Shown here piece by piece: positions 1 through 9,129 of a stretch of DNA of 64,000 nucleotides. This stretch comes from Leptogorgia sarmentosa (Eukaryota). The first letter of the stretch is position 1, and each line of letters begins with the position of its first letter. Below the pieces are notes generated by a model. That model was given only the letters and a program-made list of their open reading frames with translations, searched no databases and was not told the origin of the DNA. A program made the position numbers and the translations under genes. The DNA lies in the NCBI GenBank assembly GCA_964658305.1, contig OZ210885.1, positions 14,136,001 to 14,200,000 on the forward strand, in the 5' to 3' direction.

Positions 1-1
1 T

Positions 2-1738
2 CCAAATTGTTCCTCTTTGCACGACTGTATCCATATTGAGGGTGTTGAGGAAAATCAACTCACTTGTAGCTCTTCTGACTCTGAAGGCGGTGTTTCAGAT
101 GAAATCACTCTCTGTGAAAGCTTAGCTGATTGGAGCAATAAGTTTTCAATCAAGCAAAATGCTCTTGATGGTCTACTGAGGGCCAATGGTCATCCAGATT
201 TGCCTGGTTGTGCACGCACACTTTTGCAGACTTCGCAGAATATTCCTATTACGCGGAAATCTGGAATGGATTATGTTTACTTGCCTTTGTCAGAGCAGTT
301 GTTAAAGCACTTCAAGAGACATCCTGTTGACACTGTTAATAGCACAAATTCTCTTGAAATCTCTTTGAATGTTGATGGCCTTCCTTTGTTTAAAAGTTCG
401 GGAAAAAGCTTATGGCCCGTGTTGTGTGCTATTGTGAATATCAAACCCATTGTAGTATTCCCTGTTGTTCTGACATGCGGTGACTCCAAACCAAAGGATT
501 TGGAGTTTTCAGATGAATTGATAGATGATTTAAACTATTGTCTTGAAAATGGGGTACAGGATGGAGAAAGGATTCTGTCAGTAACTATCAGATGTGTTGT
601 TTGTGATGCCCCTGCAAGAGCGCTAGTAAAATGCACAAAGCTCTGTTCAGGCTATTTCGGTTGCGACAAGTGCGCACAAAAAGGTATGTGGCTTGGACGG
701 GTGACGTACCCTAAGGTCCATGATTTAGATTTGCGCACCGATCTCACTTTCAGAGAACAAAACCAGGAGGAACATCATTGTGTTTTAAGTCCCTTCTGTA
801 ACTTGCCGGTAGATATGGTAAGGAAATTTCCCATCGACTACATGCACCAACTGTGTTTAGGTGTCATGCGGAAATTAATTTTGACATGGATGAGGGGAAA
901 TCGTGAAGTAAAAATATCTGCAGGTCAAGTCGAAGCCGTCAGCAAAAAATTACTTGAGCTAAAGGCTTTTGTTCCTTCCACATTTGCACGGAAGCCTAGG
1001 AGTTTGCTGGATGTTGACAGGTGGAAGGCAACAGAATTTAGGCAATTCCTTTTGTATACTGGCAAAATTGCTCTGAAAGGCATTCTGAGACCGGATCTAT
1101 ATGAGCATTTCCTTGTTTTAAGTGTTGCAAGCTGTATTTTGGTATGTCCTTCTTTGGCTCAGTCTTTAAAAGATTACGCCAGGCAATTGATGAAATATTT
1201 CGTGGAGCAAAGCAAGCAATTGTATGGAGGTGAATTTATGGTGTATAATGTGCATAGCATGGTCCATCTGGCTGATGAGGTCGATTTATTTGGGTGCTTA
1301 GATGCGTGTAGCTCATTTCCATTTGAGAACTATATGCAAAAATTGAAGAAGATGGTTCGCTCAGGGAAAAATCCAATTGCGCAAATCGCTAAACGACTCA
1401 GTGAATGCCCTGGCACTATTCAACAAGTTCATGAAGCTGCCATCAGTTCAAAATCTCCTAACAATGCTTTCTTGTTGAACCATTCAACTTGCCTTGAAGT
1501 GGTTGAAAGAGCTAGAAACTCTGATGGTGAAGAACTGTTTCTTTGTCGAATTTACGAAAAGACGGAGCCGTTTCTTACAAGTCCATGCGACTCCCGTCTC
1601 ATTGGTGTCCACAAAGTAACCGCTAGATGGACCAGCATGAAAATGTTGTCCTTAAAGAAACTGACAAAACCTGCAATGTTGGTTGACCTTGGTTCTGGAA
1701 AAAAGTTATTTATGGTCATTCTGCATACCAATAACTAA
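2..1738 (+). CDS. EnSpm/CACTA-type DDE transposase, 5'-truncated by the window edge
   Basis: Uninterrupted frame of more than 573 aa, open back to base 2; the TTG at 17 is not a real start. Motifs: DLP..ARTLL.T, LNVDGLPLFKSS..LWP (D1), VVCDAPARA (D2), GYFGCDKC, DYMHQLCLGV, RKPRSL..V.RWKATEFRQFLLY, YNVHSMVHL and SSFPFENY (E). Confidence 0.92.
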   Translation, partial: PNCSSLHDCIHIEGVEENQLTCSSSDSEGGVSDEITLCESLADWSNKFSIKQNALDGLLRANGHPDLPGCARTLLQTSQNIPITRKSGMDYVYLPLSEQLLKHFKRHPVDTVNSTNSLEISLNVDGLPLFKSSGKSLWPVLCAIVNIKPIVVFPVVLTCGDSKPKDLEFSDELIDDLNYCLENGVQDGERILSVTIRCVVCDAPARALVKCTKLCSGYFGCDKCAQKGMWLGRVTYPKVHDLDLRTDLTFREQNQEEHHCVLSPFCNLPVDMVRKFPIDYMHQLCLGVMRKLILTWMRGNREVKISAGQVEAVSKKLLELKAFVPSTFARKPRSLLDVDRWKATEFRQFLLYTGKIALKGILRPDLYEHFLVLSVASCILVCPSLAQSLKDYARQLMKYFVEQSKQLYGGEFMVYNVHSMVHLADEVDLFGCLDACSSFPFENYMQKLKKMVRSGKNPIAQIAKRLSECPGTIQQVHEAAISSKSPNNAFLLNHSTCLEVVERARNSDGEELFLCRIYEKTEPFLTSPCDSRLIGVHKVTARWTSMKMLSLKKLTKPAMLVDLGSGKKLFMVILHTNN

Positions 1739-1972
1739 GGTATTAGTTGTGGACCAAACGCATACCATATATACGTTCATTCTCATGGCCACAAAAATTT
1801 TCAGCAAATTGTTCAGCTTGGAAAACTCATTGAAAATTTTATGCATTTCTTTCGTGTCGCCCAAAAAATGTCTGCTCAAAGCAAAATTGTAAGGCCAGGT
1901 ATCAATTAATTGACCTTAAGATTAATTGTATGCCATTTATCATTTTGACAAATATCTTTCTATCCACTTTAG

Positions 1973-4900
1973 ATGTCGTTGAATAATGATAACTATGCAG
2001 TGGTTGAATTTCTTGACGAAAAGACGGTAGAAGTTGTCGTCAAAAGCTGGATTGAGAATTGTGACGGGGTATGTTTTATTTTAATTCATACGTTATTTAT
2101 TTTAATCATTTCATGTATCCTTAAAATACATCATACTATAGAACCTCAAAATTGGTAAATTCCAAAATCCTAACTTTTTGGTACTAATTGAGCCTGTCTT
2201 ATTCGTTCATAAAATATATGGAATTCTAATATGTTTTAGGCTTTGTTTTGTTATTGGCCACGGACGAATATTTCGGCAAGAATAAAAAGATCGGAGTTGC
2301 CAGATAAAAAGACCTGGAAAAGATATGCTGTTAGAATTTTCAAGTATACAGGTAGATCAGCTGTCATAAAACATTGAATTGCAATTTTATTATATTGTGA
2401 ATAAAACGAGATTTCTGGAAGGAAATAACAATTGTAATGTGTAGATCAGCTTTAGAAAGTTTGCAAATTTTTGCATTACTTATTATCATTGCGTGCGAAA
2501 AATGGTACCATGCTTGAACCGAAAGGTACAGCAACTTCTGTACGCAATATACAGATGACGAGAAAAATTATATCTTTTTCAAACAAAGTTGTTAAATTTT
2601 ATTATTTTTGAAAATTAATGATGTTTGGCAGAAATTGTGTTTTTGCACTTTTTTTCATCTGGACTTGTTTAGATGAAAAATTAGTCTATTGTGGGGATCG
2701 ATCATCTATTTATTTGTTATTCATTCACTAGTTAATGGCACCTATATACTGTATGGCCGCCACAGATCAAAAACACCTTGGCGATGTATTAGTTCAAAAT
2801 ATTCTGTGTAAAGGCGTTGGCCACATCTAATGTGGAATCCGATGATGAAGAGTTCGGTGGTGTGCCACAGAAACAAGCCCGGGTCACCACAAGCATGGAA
2901 GAATTCGCAGATTTCAGTGATACAGAGAGTACGCTTACATATATCTCATGCATGTATTTCAAATATTACTTACAATATTATGTAGTCTGATCGATGAAAA
3001 AATATTGATTCTTTTTGTTGACATTTTCCTAGATGATGATAGTGACGTCGGGAGCCCTCAGACTGTAATTCCACAGAGTACACCCCATCTACCTGCAGCA
3101 CCAGCTTTTATTCCCGCGTCCAACGCAAATACGAACTTACGTTCTCCAACAGGAAACAGTAAACTGTCAGCCGTCAGTCAGATCTTGTCTTGCAACAAGT
3201 AGTAAGACTCACAATATACAATGCTGTTTTGATTCATAATGTTTCCCAATTAGACGTTCCTCACAGTCTTCTCGATGTCTTCGAAGGTGCACATAGCACA
3301 TTAACTATAAAATCGCTCTTGATTGCTAATTAGAGTTTTTTCAAATTTATTCTCATGCAGGTGTTTACAATGATCTGCTTACAATTTCGCAACAAGGTAT
3401 GCTCTTTTTTCGTCCCTTTCCACACCATATTGCATTTGCAGAGATTTAGAAGGATCGCTGTTATCTCCAAGATATTATTTTTAGATCTTTTTGACGTCCC
3501 GACACTACCAGAAATGAGTACGTTCAGTGCAGGTCCGGCACGGATCGACAGACTGCCATCGCACGCTAATGGTAGGTTTCATTAGAAGATATTTATTTTC
3601 ACCAAAATAGAATGAGGCGATATTAATTCTGAAAGATTTAAACATACCGTTTTGTCAATAATTTTCAAGCATATTTAGATTCCTTTCATATTCAATCTGA
3701 AACTACTTGACCTGTAACCAAGGTAATGTTCCGCTTTTTCAGATGCATTCAACCTGAACACGGCTAGTTCGTCGGAGGCAAATCGCACAGCTGGACGTTT
3801 TTCTCAATGTATTAGCGGTATGCTATAGATCAGCTATATTTACCATAATGGCCCATGTTAGAAAACCATGCATATTTTCCATTTTCATAGCCCAATTTAC
3901 TTCTTTTGTTTGTAGATACACGCAACAGTCTAACGCTAGGAACGTCCTCAGGAAATGCAACACGTGGCAGACAAGCTCAGGCGGACAATAGTGGTACGAG
4001 AAATGCTAGCTTATTCGGGAGTTTTATTACGTGTTTACTGGTTTCCTTTGCAATGTTAACTAATTGTTAGCTTTTCATTTTTTTAATTTCGTTTTGATGT
4101 CTAGGTTTTCAAAGGTCAGTCCTCACGAAGCTGGACACCCTCATTGACAAACAAGAAGAATCTTTGTCAATTTTGCGTCTGCTATTAAGTGCCACCAAAG
4201 GAGTTAACGACGACAACATATTGGAAGACATTATTCCAATTGCGTTGGACTCTGTAGACCAAATTGAGGAGTTATGTTTGCGTTTAAAAGATGATACCTA
4301 CAGCAAAAAGTTATTCCATGAATCCACCGTCACATGATACATATACAGTATTTGATTATGAACCTGTCCAGCATAAACTATAGCTGTTATTCCTATTGTA
4401 TGACACTTTTAAAATACTTTTTTTTCTATTTTATAGTTACAATTTTTCGTAGCACTCTGCGGGAATACCTGTGCTACCAGTGTGAGATGAATACTCGCCA
4501 AGCTTGGAACCAACCATCTCTGGTCACAATACAGCTTCAAAGGCAGAAAAGCAAAAAGACCATTCAAAGAGCTGGCAATATGCAAAGTTGTGATAAGTAA
4601 GTACAATTGAGGATGATACAACAGTTCTATATGGTTGAAATTTCGGTCAGGTGGTTAGAATACTGACACCACGTTTTTTTATGTTTATCTTCCATGTTAG
4701 AAGCATGCATGAGAGCTCACAGAGGAATAACGGAGATAAATGTTGAGGAGCAGATTAGGGAAGTCTTGAAATATGCTCCAAGCAAGGCTGGAGGTTCCAG
4801 GTTTAAGGTAATAAATGTCACAAATGATTTTTCCTATTTTGTCCTAGTATATTTGATGTATTAAATATTTGATGAATTATATGCAAAATACAAATATACA

Positions 4901-5034
4901 TGTGTGTGTACGTAAAAGGCGTTCACAGTTTGTAAATAGCTAGAATATGCATATTGATGTTGAATCGCTCTTTTTTGCAGAACCGTAAAAATCCAATAGC
5001 GGTGGATCAAGTGGAAGTGGAACCATCGTCATAA
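1973..5034 (+). pseudogene. Transposon accessory gene (ORF2), multi-exon, DUF4806-type C-terminal domain; disrupted in this copy
   Basis: Exons assembled by hand from GT-AG sites: 1973-2068, 2240-2351, ~2793-2928 (5' junction uncertain), 3033-3158, 3254-3286, 3361-3396, 3485-3571, 3743-3817, 3916-3993, 4105-~4313 (no canonical donor), 4437-4596, 4701-4807, 4981-5034. N-terminus: YAVVEF..VEVV..SW..CYWP..P...W..Y.VRI. The middle is an acidic/S/P-rich linker, then a coiled-coil-like segment (FQRSVLTKLDTLIDKQEE). C-terminus: G....SVR*IL..L.TN.LW.QYSFKG.K.K.PF.EL ... EEQIREVLKYAPSKAGG. There is an in-frame TGA at 4488-4490. Confidence 0.8.
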
Positions 5035-5122
5035 CATGCATCATGATTTCCAGTAGAGTTTAGGCCGGTTTTGTAGCTTCATGAATAACTATGCTTGTGA
5101 ATAACTCCCTTTCTTAGAAATC

Positions 5123-5128
5123 AATAAA
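5123..5128 (+). promoter_or_regulatory. Putative polyadenylation signal of ORF2
   Basis: AATAAA about 90 bp after the TAA at 5034, followed by T-rich sequence. Confidence 0.5.
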
Positions 5129-5249
5129 ATGTTAAGACAATTTTCAATTGTTTTATATACATGAATAATTTCGCTACAATGGCAGACGTGGGAATGGAGT
5201 TCCAATTGTATCAACAAGCAGCCAAAGGTCTACTCTAAAAGTCCTGTTT

Positions 5250-5666
5250 GCACGTTGTTTGGTCGTTTTTATAACGTTCTAGGAACGTTATTGAAACGTT
5301 GTTTGAAAATTGTCATTACGTCGTTTTCTAAGTTCTATAATGTCGGCTTGAACGTTGAACGAACGTTGTAATAACGTTCTTGCTTCAACGTTAGTACTAA
5401 CGTTGTTACCACGTTCCTACGAGTTCACAAAAAGACGTTCACACAACGTTAATCATAACGTTATCTAAACGTTGGACGAACGTCGAAACAACGTCACTTG
5501 AACATTGGCTTGAACGTTGAACGAACGTTATAATAACGTTACTTCCAACGTTAGTATTAACGTTGTTACCGCGTTCCTACGAGTTCACAAAAAGACGTTC
5601 ACACAATGTCAATCACAACGTTATCTAGACGTTCGACGAACGTCGAAACAACGTTGCTACAACGTG
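5250..5666. repeat. Subterminal repeat region of the EnSpm element (AACGTT motifs; ~150 bp direct duplication)
   Basis: About 18 AACGTT hexamers plus about 10 further ACGT cores in ~415 bp. Segments 5345-5494 and 5507-5654 are near-identical direct copies. Confidence 0.9.
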
Positions 5667-5681
5667 ATTGTGCTAGCTGGG
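5666..5681 (-). repeat. Right terminal inverted repeat of the EnSpm element (CCCAGCTAGCACAATC on the minus strand)
   Basis: It sits at the outer edge of the AACGTT array, and sequence character changes immediately after it. The partner TIR is not in the window, so the TIR length is not determinable. Confidence 0.7.
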
Positions 5682-6204
5682 AGTTCAGCAACTTGTGGTG
5701 GCCAAGGGATTGTTGTTGTTTGCTTTATCTCGCTCCTCAGCCTGCTTGCCATGTTCTCTATTAGTTGGTCACTACTTATTCCAAGCGAGGAGATAGTTGC
5801 CTCAATGTACGAAGCACCACCGTCCGTATCATAGACAACCTCATAGATAAGGCGGTTTATTCTATCTCTCATGTGGTCATCCTCAAGTACTACGGTGTGG
5901 CGTTATGTATGAAATGAGAAGCAATGGGGGTGATCTCTTTCACGTTTTTGTTGCCTGGATTTTGCTCTATTTAGTTATCTGAGCTGGATATATCAAGTCG
6001 ACAATTGGGGTGTATGTGTTTTCCACTGGGTCCAAGATGCCAGTCCACAGTGTCATAAACATCTCCAAACCTATCGAGACCTTTCCAATTTGAAGCTTTA
6101 TGCTTTAGTTTTTCCCATGCTTCTTTACTTAAGTTGTCGATTGCATTTGATGCATTACATGGTTTTTTGCATTGAAGTAGACAAGAGAACTTCGTAGAAG
6201 TCAT
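5682..6204 (-). pseudogene. Decayed N-terminal fragments of another probable transposon protein (tentatively Academ-like), cut by the EnSpm insertion
   Basis: Fragment 6204-5971: MTSTKFSCLLQC..W..LK....W.GLDRF..VY..VDW..GP.G..IH.NC. Fragment 5872-5682: ...MASRLRSEIK....IPWPPQVAEL, which runs directly into the TIR. I recognise the Cys/W/HxxC and WPP pattern from large invertebrate DNA-transposon proteins; the family assignment is from memory only. Confidence 0.5.
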
Positions 6205-6747
6205 TTTCTACAGGTTTTGAAAAACTACAAGAATACATAATTTCGAGCTAATTTACAAAATCCAGGTGAAAAATTGCTGTTTTCAATAAAGGAACAACCC
6301 GTACTTCATGTAAGATAAATATAGTGTTCCAAAAATAGAAGTTATTGTTCCTTCCAGGCAATTCCCCTCTCACAGGGGTATTAAATTTTTTTTGTACTAA
6401 ATATAACTGTGTTCTTAATTTTATCATAGAATTTGATATGAAATTGCAAGAAAAAAAGGTCTTCACCAAACAATACCACAATGTTGAAAAAATTATATAT
6501 TCAAAATGGCTGCCATTTGCTGTATTTTATTTTACCCTCTACAGACTGTTGCCCAAATTTCCCAAACCGGCATGGAAGCTTATTTTGTTATAAATACCCT
6601 AAAGAACAAAAATAAATCATCAAACTTTACCAGCCGGAGGTTGGTCACGAAACTCCAACTATTGACCCTACTAAAACAATTAAAAGGCCACTTTTTAAAA
6701 CCCTTTTTAGATATGAGCAATCAAAGTGGGTTAGGGGTTTGGGTCTA
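5682..6747 (-). mobile_element. Probable 5' end of an older DNA transposon (host of the EnSpm insertion)
   Basis: Coding remnants plus about 540 bp of upstream non-coding DNA containing CAAAATGGC (~6502). Candidate terminus TAGACCCAAACCCCTAACCCAC on the minus strand at 6747. The boundary is inferred, not proven. Confidence 0.35.
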
Positions 6748-9129
6748 CTGTAAAGGTCATTCAGTATTTTTATATTTCAGTTGCTCTGTTGTTCATATTT
6801 TTTTATGACAGAATTCGCTGGCTTGTATCTAAATCAAATTATAATTGTTTAATTGTGCTACCTAACATACCATATTTTAAAAATTTTACTGCATATACAT
6901 ATCTTACCTTGCACTGTTCCTTGCAATAACAAATATTAACAAATAATGATAACAAATATTTACAGCGATTGCTGTCACAGGAACATCTGTAAATCCAGCA
7001 AAGCGAATCAACACCAAAGTTGTGTAGACAACGCTCCACTAAGACAAAACTATCTTGCTATATATAATAAGAAAAACATATATGTTTTCATTCTGTGGTA
7101 GTTTACCAATTTGGATGCAAACAATCCATAAGTATGTACACCACATATTTAGGAACAGCATATTGTACATATTTAATAAAGTGCATAATTATGCAACCTT
7201 TAATGAGCCTTTAGCAACATCAAAATCTTGCACTGCAAAAGCCATGAAGTCAAATCCTACTGAAACTAATGCACTTGCACGACAGACTTCAGAAAAGTAT
7301 GTATCAGTGCTTGAAATAACACCAACACTATCTGATGTTGATGGCACATCTTCAATCTTCAAGTAAATAATTGAATATTGAATAAATAATTGAATGTAAT
7401 AATAACGATATTAATAATAATGACAATAACTATAATTTTGGTATTTTACCATATTCAATTCACTTTCATGATTGCAGATAATATTTTCTGTGTTTGAATC
7501 TGGGAAAATAGATTATATTTAACGTTAAAATTAACCGACAAGGTTAAATTGATTAAACCGAAACAGAGAAACATACTAGTATATATAGTGAGTAGTATAG
7601 TTCCATATTTACTGATTTACCGTAATAAGTGATTCTAAACGTTTAATAACAACAATTCCACACACTACGGTCTTGGACTAGGAGAAGTGAACGAGTTGAG
7701 ATCTTGGACAGCTTGCTCGTCCTTACGCATCCTCGTGGGAGCACATTGTGTGTGGTGAAGAACCACATCCGACCAGAGGTGCCTCTGTTAAGTGGAGTAG
7801 TCTGCCTTGCACGGCTAATCGTGTAGCTTGGATGAAATACAACAAAACACTACGGATCTAGACCAGCAACAGGTCGAAAAAAAAGCCGGGGATCAACAAG
7901 GTGATCATCGTGAAGGAACATTATAATTTAAAATAGAAATTATCTTTTAATCCAAATAAAAACCACATTATCTACTCAACTGCCAAGAATAAATGGAAAA
8001 GTGTAGTGATATATGTCTTTCATTTTATATCCATCTCCAACAGCCATTATCGTTCCGATTCCTAACAAAGCAAAGTTTGACGAAATTTAATTAACAAACC
8101 TTGATAAAATACGATCATTACTGTTATGAAGGGTGTTAGAGAAGTTAGTTAAATTATATTCACCAAATTTAACCAACCTTGATAAATTAAACGCCACATC
8201 GTCAATGACTCAAAAAAACAAGGTTGCTCTTCATATAACACTGTTATGAAGGGTATTAGAGAAGTAGGTTAAATTATAGCAAAATTTCACCACATTCATC
8301 CAACCTTGATAAATTAAACGCCACATCGTCAACTACTCAAAAAACAAGGTTGCTTATTCATATATCACTGTTATTAACGGTTTTAAAGAACTTGGTTTAA
8401 ATATAGCCAAATTGCACCAGATTTAAGCAACCTTGATAAATTAAACGCCACATCGTCAATGACTCAAAAAAACAAGGTTGCTTTTTTATGAAGGGTGTTA
8501 GAGAAGTTGGTTAAATTATAGCAAAATTTCACCACATTTAACCAACCTTGATAAATTAAACGCCACATCGTCAATGACTAAAAAAAACAAGGTTGCTTTT
8601 TTATGAAGGGTGTTAGAGAAGTTGGTTAAATTATAGCAAAATTTCACCACATTTATCCAACCTTGATAAATTAAACGCCACATTGTCAATGACTCAAAAA
8701 ACAAGGTTGCTTCTTCATATATCACTGTTATTAACGGTGTTAGAGAAGTTGGTTAAATTATAGCAAAATTTCACCACATTTAACCAACCTTGATAAATTA
8801 AATGCCACATCGTCAATGACCCAAAAAAACAACGTTGTTTCTTCATATATCACTGTTACGAAGAGTGTTAGAGAAGTTGGTTTAAATATAGCAAAATTTC
8901 ACCACATTTAACCAACCCTGACAAATTAAACGCCACAAGGTCAATGACTCAAAAAAACAAAATTGTTTCTTCATATATCACTGTTATGAAGGGTGTTAGA
9001 GAAGTTGGTTTAGATATAGCAAAATTTAACCAACCCTGACAAATTAAACGCCACATCGTCAATGACTCAAAAAAACAAGGTTGCTTGTTCATATATCACT
9101 GTTATGAAGGGTGTTAGAGAAGTTGGTTT

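Larger units (their letters stand above)
1..5681 (+). mobile_element. Animal-type EnSpm/CACTA (CMC superfamily) DNA transposon, 3' portion; left end lies outside the window
   Basis: An EnSpm-type transposase ORF is followed by a same-strand spliced accessory gene and a poly(A) signal. Next come an AACGTT-rich subterminal repeat and an abrupt end in ...GTGCTAGCTGGG at 5681. Its reverse complement, CCCAGCTAGCAC, matches the CCCAG-type terminus of animal EnSpm elements. Confidence 0.85.

Noticed and set aside
277..489. Antisense 70-aa ORF
   Set aside because: It is a shadow of the transposase coding strand with no independent support.
3680..3722. Extra ORF2 exon ending AAG|GTAATG
   Set aside because: It has an in-frame TGA, and the following intron would be only about 20 nt.
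2948..4621. Listed ORFs 2948-3202, 3355-3585, 4334-4600 and 4409-4621 as standalone genes
   Set aside because: They are exon-plus-intron read-through, or wrong-frame or antisense overlaps of the spliced ORF2.
5517..5834. 105-aa plus-strand ORF
   Set aside because: It spans the subterminal repeat, the TIR and the antisense of the flanking remnant, so it is chimeric and non-coding.
6726..6744. GTGGGTTAGGGGTTTGGG as telomeric repeat or G-quadruplex
   Set aside because: It contains a single TTAGGG and only three G-runs, and is better explained as part of a transposon end.
6248..7366. Listed short ORFs 6248-6481, 6345-6593, 6506-6808, 6839-7039 and 7055-7366
   Set aside because: These are AT-rich F/I/K/L-biased translations with no recognisable motifs.
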